Source: Tubiluchus corallicola
Lineage: Eukaryota; Animalia; Priapulida
Assembly: GCA_030141605.1 (NCBI GenBank)
Contig: JAQGDQ010000114.1
Coordinates: 248,001-312,000 of the forward strand
DNA: 64,000 nucleotides
Direction of reading: 5' to 3'
Below the pieces are notes generated by a model that did no database searches, was not told the DNA's origin, and was given only the letters and a program-made list of their open reading frames with translations. Positions 37,152 to 50,740 of this stretch are shown one piece after another. Every line of letters begins with the position of its first letter. Positions within the stretch are counted from its first letter, which is position 1. A program made the position numbers and the translations under genes.

Positions 37152-39728
37152 GAAGAAGATTTAATCAACTAAATTTTTAAAGCTGTTTTACATGAGACTC
37201 CTAGAACAATTAATCAAAGTTTGAATATAAGTAATAATATTGTTCGAAAGTGGTATCGCAACTGCAATGTTGAATGATAGCAATTCAATTTCTGAAGCTT
37301 AAAATATGTTCACCTCTTAAGCCTTAGCAATACCAACTAAGTTTCTTCAAATCACATATTCATTCTTTTGTTTTGAGCTCAGCTTATTAACAGTCACAAA
37401 TCATAATCTTCCTACCAAAATATGGTACGGTAAAGTGCATGTAAGATCAAAAACAATTTTCGAGATAGAAGTGAGCTTTTATACTTATGCAATATACATA
37501 CTGCATATGATGTAGCTAAAAAACATTATGAAAATTGAAAGATTAACTTAAACAGTACCACGTTTAAACTATTGAGTTAGCACATTTTTTGATCTTCACA
37601 TTTCAGTCTTTAATTATCAAATACACATGTTCACATACACACACTTCACATGTTCACTCAGTCAAGCACTTTAGCACATTGTCCTAAAACACTTGCACCT
37701 CTCTATAAAACTAGTTTTGGAATTACAGTTCATTATTTATGAGTTCATGACAGTGATTTGTTCACAGCTCTAGGCAAAATACTAAAAGTTTCAGCAGGAA
37801 TTAGGCCTTACTAGGAAATATACTGATGGTAAGCCTACCAATCTCATGTTTCGTAAAAAGATGCGCAAAGACCAAATAAATCAGTTCCATGACTGTGTAG
37901 TAATGTGCACGAAAAATATTTTTGCGGGCAGCTAATCAAAATTATACAATTGTTATCCAAATCCATTAGAAGGAAAATTAACATATTACTATACTCTGTC
38001 CCACTTAGCCTGTTATAAGATAAAATGCAACTATGAAGTACAAATGAGTACTTATACAATGTATTATGTTGCACTATACAATACCACACAAAGATCATCC
38101 AGTGTTAAAAATTTTATACTGCAAAACTGTAGGTACTTTTTTTGAAATAAAAATACTGTAAAATATGTCGTTCGGTAGAACTGTACAGTCTGCTATAGTG
38201 TGTAAGTAATGCAAAGTGCAGTATCCTATTTACATCATCGTTATTAATTATACATATGGCCCAGCTAGCTACAAGAAAACATCCCCAACATAGACAGTGA
38301 TCATTACATGTATAATAATTTATGTAATAAAATTAGTATAAGAAATGGGGACATATTTTTTTTACACTTCCATAAGTGCGCAGATGTCAAGTAACTTCTC
38401 ATAAGCGAATAAAATTATATGTGGTTAACTTACAAATCTAGCTATACTGAAATGCTTAAAAGTAAATGATAAAAATGAGGTTAGATGTCCCTATTGCACA
38501 TCTTTAGTTAAAATCCCAGCAGGATGCCTTGCATAAGTTTAGTGAAGTAATGATGACTCGATAAAATAACGTTTTTTTATATAACTACCTGAAACAACTA
38601 ATGAAAAATTAGTGTTAGTAGCCAATGCCCAGCAAATGCAGACTAATGCTCTGTCATGATAACAGCACACAGTGCAGGTGTTCTTACTACAACACATTAG
38701 TAATTATGTAAAATACATTCGGATAAATGCTGGTATACTTTTAAGAAGCACGTTAAAAGATGCACTTAGAACACTTTCGCTAGTATTGTGGCTATAAAGA
38801 GCCTTTGATTTTTCCAAATGTATCTTTCAACGCATAAGCGATTTATAATGAAGCAGTTAGACCTTGACAACAAGCTTCACTGAATGTTCGCAAAGAAAAA
38901 TTTTAACCATCACAACCGTAGCGGTCAACTAACAAAGTAATATATGCAAATGTGCACATCGATGTGATGATCAATGGCAAGCCGTTAAAACGTGATTGCT
39001 ATGCCAATATAATACTGATAATTAGAACCTATTCAGAATTTCATGGTTTTGTCACCAACAAATCATATTGTATGTTCAGAAAAGTATCACAGAATAAATA
39101 AGTTTCAAAATAAAGATAATGTTGACCCATATTAATGGACTTGACACGCTAGCTGTGTGACGCATTCTTATGCCTAAACAAGTAATGTTTACAACTGAAA
39201 GTGACTCTTTGCCGAGTGTTTAGGTTGGAAGTACTACACGTGTTAAAGTGGGAAAACTGCTTGTTACCACTGGTCTGGTCTGCATGTCGTTTACTTTAAA
39301 AATGTATAAATGCCTTTTTTGGAATTGATTCTATGTGATCTGTGTAAATAATAAACGCATATACATCTGCATATATGTCAGTGTAATATATTAGAATGCA
39401 TATCTAACAAGCTATCACATTTTTATTATGTTAGTAACTCAGTGAGTTAAATGTGGCAACTATAATGCCATGAAAAGCCAAAAATATATAGTATTGATAA
39501 CAAGACTGATGAAACAGATACATATAACAGAATGTATAATATTAAAAAGCATTATTCTGTCAAACAAAAAAATTAGCGTAGCATCAATTTTCTTATTATC
39601 AGCTTCAGTTTATTAGCAATGCATGTAAATGAATAATTCAGAAGTGCAAAAGCAAATAACGATTTTTCGATATGATTTAACAAAAAAGTTAAATGGGAAT
39701 TTTTCAGAAACGTTTAACTTAAGTAAGC

Positions 39729-41531
39729 TTATAAAAGGTTTTCCCAATCAAACTCTGGATTTGATGTATGTGTGATAGACAAGCATGGGGGCTTAACTAG
39801 TTTCCACTTGCCAGTTTCATCTTCTTCCACGGCTACTGTGCTACAGTATGGTGTTTTTTCCATTACTTCGCATAGAGAATTGTAATCACGTCCAGGTTTT
39901 CCAATCAGATTTCTTGTTAAAACATCAAGAGATCCAGCATGAGCAGCTAACAACACATTACCATGCCCCTCCCTTTGTGTTTGGTCTAAGATGAGTTTAG
40001 TTACATAAAAACTTCTGCTGTACCAGTCTTCTAAAGTTTCTGCATCATCAAGTTTCTCACATGGAACAAGGGCAGTGTATGATAAGTCAATGTTGAAGCC
40101 CATCTCTGATGCTTCTTTTGGGGTAACAAATTTCGGTTTCTTTCTACGGTACCACAGCATGAATTCAAATAATCCAGGTTCAATTCGAAGTTTGATCGAC
40201 TCTTGTCCCAATCCTTGAAGCACGGCAGAAGCAGTTTGCATACATCTAAATGCAGGCGAACTGTAGACAAATGAAAGTGTGATACCGTACATCTTCATTG
40301 ATTCACCGAGCAGCCTAGCTTGGGTTAAACCAATTTCTGTTATAGGCAAATCACGTTCAAAATCGTGTGGGCCACCTTGTCTATGTGGAACTTTTCTTGG
40401 AAGATTCACATCCAATCGAAAGTAGTTTCCTTGTTGATCGAAACAGTTCTCAAAAAACCATGTTCCACCAAACGTATAGTCAACTCTTTCCCCGTGCCGT
40501 GTGACATACAACTGTTTTGGCTTTTTTGCGGCAGGTGCTGACAATTTGAATACTTCTTTCTTGGTTGGTGTCATTTGATGAAAAGTGCTCGAAGGTAAAG
40601 AAAGACCGTCGCACGTAGGGCTTACCAATTCTTGAACCTTCACTAATGGATAACTTTCGTGAAGTGTCCATGACACTGTTTCTGGAACTTTTTGCAGGAA
40701 ATTTCCAGGAATCATGCCAGACAAGCCAGATTTCTGCTTAACGGCCAGCACCCATCCATCTTTTGAATCGGTTAGATCATTCTCAATAATGAAGACTAAG
40801 TCACCAGTGCATAATTCCAGCTCATCATTATTTACTGGAGTGTAACTATGTACAGCTTTGTAACAGTTGTAAGAAGCAAAATGTGGATCCCGAGAATACA
40901 ACCGGATATCCCAAGCTGATATTCTTGTAGGTGATACATCAATGTTGTGTGCTAGATGCTTCAATAATTCGTAGCATTTTTGTGGAAACTGATAGGCTAG
41001 TGCAAGATGATAAGCCTTTTCATCAAAATCATCCTTTCTTGGTACTAATTTTAAATTAAATGTACTAACCCTCTGCACTAGTTCATTTATAAACTTACTC
41101 AAAAACAAAGATTCTTCTTCTCCGACTAAAAGTCCTATAAAGTTTGTAGAAGCAAAATGTTCTAGATGTATTTGGTGTGGCAATCTCGCAGAAAACTCAA
41201 AGAAAACCTTTTTAAAACTGCTCTGTAATAATTCCACTTGACTATTTGGCACAGACCCAAAATTGCATAGTGTTATATGGGGGTGATAATTTGCAGCCGG
41301 ATTCCATTGCTGCAAGATTTCTGAAGACTTAGTGTAGAACTTCTCCAATTCTTTCAGCAATGTTTCAGTAGGGCAAACATAGATTATGAAGTCACGAGAA
41401 GAGCCACTATCAAGAAGTGAGTCATATGCATGATCCAAAAGCCACTTGGAAGCTTCTTCCACATTCCTAGCTCCTGTTGCAGCTACTGCCTTCTCAGCAC
41501 GATGCTGTGGAAATCCCAGCTGAACCAATGT
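39729..41531 (-). CDS. UBASH3: UBASH3/Sts/ecdysteroid-phosphate phosphatase-like, copy A, exon 2
   Basis: Same domain order as copy B (LGFPQHRAEKA, HPHITL, SH3, RHGER); same acceptor position. Confidence 0.93.
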   Translation of the reverse strand, partial: TLVQLGFPQHRAEKAVAATGARNVEEASKWLLDHAYDSLLDSGSSRDFIIYVCPTETLLKELEKFYTKSSEILQQWNPAANYHPHITLCNFGSVPNSQVELLQSSFKKVFFEFSARLPHQIHLEHFASTNFIGLLVGEEESLFLSKFINELVQRVSTFNLKLVPRKDDFDEKAYHLALAYQFPQKCYELLKHLAHNIDVSPTRISAWDIRLYSRDPHFASYNCYKAVHSYTPVNNDELELCTGDLVFIIENDLTDSKDGWVLAVKQKSGLSGMIPGNFLQKVPETVSWTLHESYPLVKVQELVSPTCDGLSLPSSTFHQMTPTKKEVFKLSAPAAKKPKQLYVTRHGERVDYTFGGTWFFENCFDQQGNYFRLDVNLPRKVPHRQGGPHDFERDLPITEIGLTQARLLGESMKMYGITLSFVYSSPAFRCMQTASAVLQGLGQESIKLRIEPGLFEFMLWYRRKKPKFVTPKEASEMGFNIDLSYTALVPCEKLDDAETLEDWYSRSFYVTKLILDQTQREGHGNVLLAAHAGSLDVLTRNLIGKPGRDYNSLCEVMEKTPYCSTVAVEEDETGKWKLVKPPCLSITHTSNPEFDWENLL

Positions 41532-42704
41532 CTGTTGAAAATAATTTACTGCCATGTAGAATAGCTACCCTAACTTTAATATTATTACCTATGTGAGCTA
41601 GTGATGTCACGTGCATTCATAATTAAAGTAACTAGTTTTTTTCATACTTTTATTTTTTCCAATGATCTAGGTTATTTGTTGCACTTAGTCAATGCAGTCA
41701 AACACACCACAACATCCTGGAACACTTTGCATGTGTAGCCATAAACTATACTACACACAATCGTGCATGATTTGAGAAAGTGTAGGTATTTATCAAGAAA
41801 TACTTGGTACCCAAATAAAGAAGTACTTTGTAAAATAGTTCATAGATGGGCAATTTGTAATTTACAGTACAAATGGCACCTATTTCTATGTGCTATGGCA
41901 GTGTCACTGTAAAATGCATTTTGATGTTAGGTTATTTGTTGTTAAAGCCTCAATAAAACACATCAACATGGCCAAGGTCTGACAAATTATCAACAAATTA
42001 TGGTGTGCTTAGTCTAAAAGAAGTCCTTACCAAGAGTGTGGAAGTGTGCTTTTGGAAGATGCACAAGTTCATACGTTACGTAGTAAATAAGAAATAGGCT
42101 CCATATATTATTTCGCTTACAAGATAACATCATATCTGTGGAAGCAGAAAGTAAATATTTTTCTGTAATTTCTATACAATAGCTAATGTGTCAGCATTTT
42201 TATATCAGGCATTGGACAGTTGGGACTAGATCAGCAAGTATTAAAAAAATTGCAAAACTGTTTGCTAATGGTTTCAACCTACATCTGAGATTCCTCATGA
42301 ATGTAACACATTCATTTAATCAGCCTTAAGACCCTTACTTGGATATCTTTTAATTACAATCATAACAATACATCATTTACATGATAAAAGCAGATCAATT
42401 CATCACACTTCAACTACAACAGCATAGCAAAATACCTTTTCATCTACAAAAATTACACTATAACACAGTATAACAAAAAAATTAATCTACAAATCTGAAT
42501 ATTTGTCAGAGCATAAACCCAACAATATTTGTTTTTGGAGCACACACCTCGTTTAATGCCTTGATAATCTTCAAAATAAACAAAACAGATCAGACCCTGG
42601 CACCATTCTAAAAGAAATAACAGTTTTGTCTTGAGACCTGTTATAAGATTACACTTTGTTTATAGAACCAAGCACTAAACTCTAACAGAGACATAAAATA
42701 TTAC

Positions 42705-42818
42705 CTGGGTAGGTGTGTCTGCTGCCTGTCGGTTGCAAGACTGAAATTTGAGTTTTGGTGAAGTTCTTTTAGGTGGTACAATCAAATTATATGCTGGCTC
42801 ACTTGCAGCTTCCGCCAT
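42705..42818 (-). CDS. UBASH3: UBASH3-like copy A, coding exon 1
   Basis: MAEAASEPAYNLIVPPKRTSPK...DTPTQ, CAG|gtaata phase 0; the PP-basic-P motif and TPxQ resemble insect orthologue N-termini (from memory). Confidence 0.8.
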
Positions 42819-44849
42819 TAACTGGTACAAATAGTGTTCGTTTTTGTCTCGCAAGCAACAGAACCTCCCTATAAAACAAAAATGCTAATTACAGAATCAT
42901 TAATGATGCAGCCTGATATTTTGTTTTATGACAATCCTTACAATGATTCAGATCTAGGTTGCCTATGTGAAGCATCAACTATATAAACAGTGTGGACAAA
43001 AACCTTGATAAAGTAATAATGTCAGTCATTTACACTCATCCACCTCAAAATGGTCACTACACTTGAAGGAAGTATTCAAGCTTACTTGCTAAATAGTTGG
43101 TAACGAAAAAAATGTCATATTAAAAATATGGCAATATGTTATAATCGTATTCACTATCATGAAGAACCGATTGGATTTATATATGAATTAGTGGATTTAT
43201 GAATATAAATAAAAGTGCGATTTTCTCAAAACTACGGAACAATTTGCAACAAATGACACGTCAGCCAGTTGTCTCAGTCTCCTATGGTACCATAGCGGTT
43301 CGCTTTTCAATCCATAAAGAACAACGGGCAAAAAACCTCCAAAAATCAATTGGAGTAGAGAAAATATCAGATACTAAAAGGAGCGCTGAGGTTTTTTACA
43401 AGCACATGCTGTATTAGTACAAGTTGCAGTATAACTGGCCATGTGCGACTCAGTCCGCAAACACACCGTATGGAAAAAAGCCATTTCTGTTTAGCTGACG
43501 ACACCTTACAGACCATAAGCCCATCAGCTTAATATTTCATGTTCAATAAATACACTAAACTGCTGAGCTGTAGTAGAAATGTGCAAAATAATACGTTTGA
43601 TTTTTAATAATGCCAACTCAAACAAAATATATAGCAGTAGAAATGCCTTTCAAAAAGAACTTTACAACTCTAATAAAGGAGTGCTCCCTACTTTTTTAAG
43701 TAAGAAAACATTCCAGCATTTGTTTTTTGAATGTGCAAATGTATTTACTTGCCGTATAATTTCATTTAAACTCAACTGTCATTTACCAAGAGCTTGCCAT
43801 ATTGCAAATTAACTTTTATGAATTCTCAAACTGGATGGAAATTTCTGACTTTAGCAGCTTCATTAGCCAAAAGCTTTGTCCGTGTCAAAGAATAAAGACT
43901 TACCTAAGTCTCTACGTTGGGTGTTTATTCTGTAGTGTAGGTATTATTACTGTAGCTAAGTGCACCCTATATTGTCAGTAGCGTATAATTGGATGATTCT
44001 GTTTTGGATAAAGAGAGGGATGTTATTTCTCATTGCGATGTTGAAGTCAACTTTATCAGAATAACATGTAGGTCTCTCTGTAATGTGAAAATTAAGTTCT
44101 CACCTTTTTCCTAAGGCTATGCCACTATTATTATAATGGTATTAGCTGGGCTGACTACTTGATTTATTAAAAGATAGAAAATTGCTTAGAATAGTTAATG
44201 TACTAGCATTAAGTATTCCACTGTTCCAACCAGTTCTGCCCAACCGCAACGGGTAACATACTAATCTGAGTATTTGACTCATTTTTTCAGCCTGCCGAGG
44301 ACTTAGTTCCTGCAATTTAAATTGCTATACACAATTGTGCTTGTACAAACACTTGCAATTAAAGTTTGTCATTAAACTCTATAGATGGGATGGTCAGCTA
44401 ATGAGAAAAATTAACTGGACACATTGAACAATACATGCCGTTAATAATATCTTATTTTATTTATTGCTAAGCAACCAATATTTTTGTATTGAATTATTAT
44501 CACATAAGACTCCCACCATCTAGAAAGAATTGGTAAAACTCTTCACTAGTAAACTGTTTACTGATTGTCTTAAGCTTTGCACTCAACAATGTGCATATTA
44601 ATGAACTTCTCTCTTATGTGATTTAAAAGTACTACTAAATAATTTAAGGCCACCCACTGTGCATGTACAGATGAGCTCAATGCTGGAGAATGTGGAAGTA
44701 GATCTGAATGACGTCATACACCAGTATTAAATAGGTCATGTAGCAAGCACCCATGAAAACAAAATCAGACAAAATCAATATTTAGTTTTGGGTATCATTT
44801 ACCATTTACCATCTTGACAGCCAAGGCATTAGTTCTTGGGACTTTAGGC

Positions 44850-46390
44850 TGATTGTTACTTTCTTTCCGAAAATATCAATATCTATATCCATATAACACA
44901 AAAGTCACTAAAAACACTTGCTCATCAAATGTATTTTTGAAACTGTTTAAATTCTGTGCTGAGACTACTTGCATTGAAAGTGCGTTCCAGAGTTTAACTA
45001 CACTTGTGATTTCCAAAGAAACCACACTCACTGTGATTTAGTGTATCTACTTTTGACTACTTAAAACCGTGGTCCCTAGTGGTAGGTCATTGAGCATCTT
45101 CAATCCTATCTGATTCCGGCAATAATGAAGGGAAGTCTCAGTTGGCTACTACTGTACGTAATACTATGCCATAAAGACCGAAAGTGCAGAAATGGAAGAC
45201 ATGACTGGTAAAATAGAATCAGTGCTGATGAAATGGGCGCAGGACTTGGTGCAGATGAAGATAACGGAATACTTGACGGAGAGCGTGTAAATAATTTAAT
45301 TACGCACAAATTGAACTGCACTACGTAAGACATTGGTAGTTCTACTGTCATATTGTTTAACAGTGTTCTTTTGTAACATAAAAAAATCGTGTTTCACTAC
45401 ATAATCATTATTCTTTATGTAATTGGCATCAAATCTGAATTCTTTGTGTAGAGAAGGGTTGACTGTCTGCCTTCTATTTAGCTTGCCGTCTGGAGGAGGG
45501 GTTTAAGAGTTTCTATGCTGGAAAATGGTCAACATAACCTAACTTAATTTTTTTCAGTCCAGTTGGATTTGAGTTATGCTGAGTTTACTGTATTTCAAAA
45601 AATCCTTATGTACTAGGCCTGTTTGCCACACAATTTTGTATCTCTAATAAATTACTTTTTATTAAGTCAGTGTCCTTGCCAACACTTATAAACTTTAATA
45701 GCAACTTGATTCCAATGGAATCTAATATAATATCCAGAGATGCAAGGCCACAGATTAACTCTAATTTATTTCTCGCTGGGGAATGACTGGAGCAGTTTCA
45801 CGGCATCATGCAAAATGTCCACAAAAAAGGATGCTTCCTTACCATTCATGCTGCGGACCCGTATAAGATAATAGGTAGCACCACTGTTTTAAGAAAATTA
45901 TTATTGTTGGGAGCCCAATACTATACTGTTCTTGGCATAAAGGATTTCATCAGCCCCAATAGTCAGCCTGTCCACTTGGTTTTTGTCCGCCTGTGCGCCC
46001 ACCAGTAAAGCTTTGTTTTTCATCATGTGCTTATTTTTAAGCACCATTTCCTGCACTACACTATCTGCTTATACTATCACAGCATTTTTTTGCCATCAAT
46101 CATAGTTGCGTGGGGTGCCATCATCAGCATATTTAGATTTGCTAACATCAGATGGCAACTCATTGAAAAGATCGCAAACATAAAATATGAGTAACAATGG
46201 AGCAAATACAGAACCTTGTGGTAATCCCACAAAACACCTTTGTTCGTCTGAGCTATAACCGTTAACTTTTATGTTTCTGTTTCGCAATATATAGGCCATA
46301 AGGCTTTTCCTTTAACATTCCTCCAATTAGCTTGTATAAAAGACCGTCAATCTACACACTGGCGAAGGCCTTCTCAAAATCACAACAGAC
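44850..46390 (-). mobile_element. Degenerate CR1-like LINE fragment(s)
   Basis: RT motifs GLPQGSVFAPLL...KYADD (46096-46299) and C-terminal VVKLWNAL...LNSFK (about 44930-45005); interrupted, so possibly two insertions. Confidence 0.75.
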
Positions 46391-46739
46391 TGTTTGTAGA
46401 ACAATTGTTTTGTAGAATACCTTTTGTCATTGTCGAAAGATCGATTTATACATAGTTACTAAAAGGTCTCCACGCATATTGAATAATCAATCAATCAACC
46501 TTGAAATCAAAGTACTAAAAATTTTACTGCAGAAAAGCAGTGGCTTTCAGGATTGTAATAGCTGCAATTAAAAATGATAACCTTCAATATAGCAATCAAA
46601 TTTTGTGATCGCATCGTAAGTCTAAGGGATCATTTCTTTCCAGCCTGCAAAGAAATTTTCATAACTCCTACTCAGTTTTCGTAATATTTTATCTTATAAT
46701 AAAATAAATAATTTCCAAACACACACTGACTGAATCGAA

Positions 46740-47180
46740 TGGAAAAAAATACAGTCACCACTGTTACCAGGTCCCGGAGTCATGTACTGCACTTACGACA
46801 GTTTCGTTGTCTTAAGTGGAGTTTAGGCGTGTAGAAATATTTATATCCAATTCATGTAGACGTCTAATCTCCTTAGTCGCAAACTAGTCGCGCTTAACTT
46901 TGCAAGCACTTAACAAGTTAGGACGTGATTAACACTTAACACTAGCACTTAACAAGCCGCAAGAGCATAATTAAAAGAAAAACAGTAAAGTTTAACCTAC
47001 TAAACTTAACTAATTTACAACGATAAAATCGCAAACACCCTACCCGTTTGGCGCACCAACCCGTAAAGCGCACACAGTAGTGCGATATTATGTTTGTCCA
47101 CCCTATTATGGGGCTGGCCTCTTACAGCTAACCGATGCTTCCCAGCCGTGAATTAACAGAAACTGAGCTGCGGTAAAAGT
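46740..47180. promoter_or_regulatory. Candidate divergent promoter region between UBASH3-A and SNRPA1
   Basis: CpG-richer island; repeated CACTTAAC; E2F-like TTTGGCGC (47047); outward-facing donor-like sites (minus gtaagt near 46796, plus gtaaaa near 47173). Confidence 0.35.
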
Positions 47181-47367
47181 TTTTAAAACATGTTGAGCAC
47201 ATTTGTCGATTTCCTTTTTACTTAACAATAACAACTATTAATAATAATGAATCAAAATTATTTTAAATTTAGTGAAATTATACTTACTGCACTAATAATA
47301 TTACGAACTGTGAGCAATTCTGAGCATCGAACGTTCGAATTCGATTCGAATGTTTTTTTTAATATAG

Positions 47368-48051
47368 GTTTTACACGTCAAATGTAGACACAGGAAAATT
47401 CAAATATGATTTAGGCAAGTCAAATGTAGACATAGGAATTTTGAATGTGTTTTGGTAACTCAAATGTGACTTAGGTAAGTCAAATGTAGATGCGGTACTT
47501 TGAATAAATCAGTAATTAACTCATTTAAGTGCAAATTACAAAAAGATAAACCAAAGATAGTCATCACCAACGTCGGCAGAAAAGAATAAATTGGTTCCCA
47601 ATGAACAGTGAATCAGTAATTAGTTTTTTAAGTAATGCATTAGCACTGCATTAATGAATTAGTTTCTCTCAAGAGAGAATTGCTTATTCTAAGAATGTAT
47701 TGTTTTCTCTAACAGTTCCAATGGTATGTAAAGGTTACAGAAAATTAGGGAACTATTAGTAGACCTATAAAGTTATTATTTTCATAGTCTTAAGAGCAAT
47801 TATTAAATTAAGATTAAAGGAAATCAAATTTAACATTTTTAAGCTTTACTACCTATCCATATTTGAGATACCAATGTCAGATTTGACTTGACATGCGTCT
47901 ACATTTGACTTACAAAAAACGCTTAACATTTGTTGAAAACCCTTGTTAACATATTTGAACTACCCATGTCTACATTTGAGTTACCAAGACACATTTGAAT
48001 TACCTAAATCTACATTTGTCTTAACGTAGGTCTACATTTGACATGTAAAAC
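47368..48051. mobile_element. Foldback-type element with modular inverted arms
   Basis: GTTTTACACGTCAAATGTAGAC / GTCTACATTTGACATGTAAAAC termini, with about 20-bp CAAATGTAGAC subrepeats mirrored in both arms. Confidence 0.8.
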
Positions 48052-48924
48052 ATTAGTTGGCTTTTCAGTGTCTCTATCACTACGCAATAACTTCTGAAGG
48101 TTGAGCTGCAAGTCTGCTACATGTTTCGGTGCATAAATTACTTTCATCCAATGTCATCAGTCGCAGCCTTAATTAATGGATAATTATAATCCAATAATCT
48201 TTGAAATAATCTTGATTATTTCATAATGGAGTTCTACATACCCAAGTGCTAAAAACTAAAAAACATTTTGATTTCTGTTTATATGATTATTATTCAGTTA
48301 TGCAAGCAACCGGCAATTCAACTAATCCAGCATGCAATATGTAAGGTAAATAGTTTTCCCTCTGATTGCATAGCTTTATTATGTTTGCAACTTTGCATGT
48401 AAATGTAATAACAGTAAATTTAATGCTGCATAATTTTTGTTTACATATCTCCTTGTTTTCCTTTTTAAAATGAATTGTATGATTATACAGGGCATAAGAT
48501 AACCTTTTTATTATGTAGGGTACAAAAACAATAGCTATTAGTACAGAACAATTTATTGCACGAAAGTATTGCTTAATCAGTTAAGAATATATCATGCCCA
48601 GTAAGGGTATTTTAAAGTTCCTGGTTGTTATTCAAGTTTTTGGTTCTTCAAAAACAATCTTTAGAACGTGATGTATCGTAACCTAGAATTATTGCAAGGA
48701 TTTAGTGACGACTAAGATGAGAAGGACGTTTTTTTTCAAAGTCCTTACATCACCAGCATCTAGATCACATTATCTGCCTACATTATCTTCTTTTTTTAAA
48801 CTTTTAAATCTGCTAAGGTTATTCACCACATCTTGCAGATGTCTCACAATGTTACCTTTTGAATATTGATCAATGATATTCTTGGATCATGTTATGTGCC
48901 TCAAATCTGCGATTCAGCAAGGAG

Positions 48925-49050
48925 GAGCATTGAATGTTCGAGTTCGAACCTTCGAATTCGATTCGAACGAGTTTTTTACTTCGAATTGGATTCGAACCTA
49001 AAATTATGGATTCGAATAATTCAGCACTTCAGCCACATACATTTTTATCA
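48925..49050. mobile_element. Partial copy of the TTCGAA-rich hAT-like MITE family
   Basis: AAAATTATGGATTCGAATAATTCAGCA is the reverse complement of sequence at about 21973-21999. Confidence 0.7.
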
Positions 49051-50229
49051 TTATAATGTTTGTAACGGCATTCAATTAGTGTAATATAGCTGCAGTTTAC
49101 TCGACGCCCTACACCATCAATACACCTCAAAGTTAATTGGTGGCTGCGTGAAAGATGCAATGCCTATTGTGCTTCACTTAGCAAATTGTTGAGTACTATT
49201 ATTCTTCTTTTTGCACCTCCCCGTCCCCGCCAAAGGTCGTACGTTACTATTGATTTTCATTTTTCTTTTACTACCACCAACTTCACACCACAATGCTATT
49301 CAGTCAAAAAACTTATGCAGAAGTTCAGTGCACAAAATCACAAGACCACCGCCACTGGCCAGTCGGCCACTACCAATACCACTGTTGTTGCTACTGTGAC
49401 TGCCACAGCCATACCACTATCGCCTCCACCACTGACACAATTACACATGCTAAACTATGTTATTATTTTGTCAATTTGTGCTACCTGGTTAAGTTGACTA
49501 TTATATTTACTTTGCTCGCTAAGTTTGTAACTTCGCTTTCACATGTAGCTAATATGTTAGCTTCAGTATAACCCAGGTTACAGGAAAAAAATGGACGAAA
49601 ATTTATTTTGTAGTACGCTGCATGCATACTATACGTGCTGGTACTTTCACATCATTTTATCTATGGTCGCACCTCGCTCTCAACAAGCAGTCGCATGAAG
49701 ATATCGTGCATTGTTAGTTTTGTTTTAAGAAAAAATTGAAAGAAAGCGGTTTCAAGTTTTAACTTCTATTATTAATTATATAAATTACAGGTTAATGTTT
49801 ATATTAGTGCTTTCAATTTTAGAATAATAATTTGAGAAACATTATCGCGGACGTAATGTTTCAAATTAGAAGATAATGCATGTAGAAGAATACTTTCCGT
49901 ACTTCTTGAGCACTCCACACTAGGCCATTTGCAGCTTGACACCCTGGGCACATGATAAATAACCAATTTATTAAAGTATTTTTTGAAGCATTATGATGTA
50001 ATTATTGCTGTGGGTTTATTTAATAAATGAAATCAGTAACAATTTAGTAAGTAAGGTCAAATAACTTGTGATAATCAAAGTTTATAATGCAGTGCTTGCT
50101 TGTGAAGTCCAAGAGACCTAACCATGGCACGGTTATTCACGGGCTCTCCTCAGAGCAGCGAACTTTAAAAATGAATGGAACATTAAAATTAATAAAATGC
50201 ATCTGTAACATATCAGAATCAAGTTGTGA

Positions 50230-50740
50230 TTTGATTCTCCTGTATAATTTAACATCGTCAACAAAACGGCGAATAGGTGAAGTAACATGCTCCCGTCGAA
50301 TCATTGACAAATAATATAAAACAATAAGGGCTACTGATCATTCCCTGCAGAATATCACTTTGAACGTGAACCTGCTCGGTAGACAATCCATTTAAAGCTA
50401 CTATTAGTATTACACGTCTTTTGCAGGTAAGAAAAAAATCTAAACCAGCGGATTGGTTTACTTCTAATACTAGCAAACAACATTTTCCATCATAAGTGCT
50501 TGAAAGGCACCAAATCAAACGTTTTACAAAAGTCTAAATAATATCTACACCAGAATTGCAATCATTATCAAAAATTTTAGTCCATTTATTAAAACAAAAC
50601 ATTCCAAGGAAATTGGTGACAGTTGTTGACCTACCCGGAAGAGATCTATGCAGACTTTGACTTTCTGTAAAGTAGGTATGAATTAATAAAAATGAAAGAC
50701 CTTCTTGTCAGATTAGTTTCTTCAGAAGTTTCTCAGCAGC
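50230..50740 (-). mobile_element. Degenerate CR1-like LINE reverse transcriptase fragment
   Basis: Decayed GRST...LDFxKxFD and QG...P..FILFVND motifs. Confidence 0.7.

Noticed and set aside
41532-41555. ATG at 41555 as the main start of UBASH3-A
   Set aside because: Overlaps a splice acceptor shared with copy B, and a better exon 1 exists at 42705-42818; kept only as a possible alternative.
20827-42818. Functional phosphatase cluster (PLPP plus two UBASH3)
   Set aside because: Unrelated folds and no evidence beyond adjacency.
47380-47500. CRISPR-like periodic repeats
   Set aside because: Degenerate subrepeats mirrored in an inverted arm, no unique spacers or cas genes, eukaryotic context.
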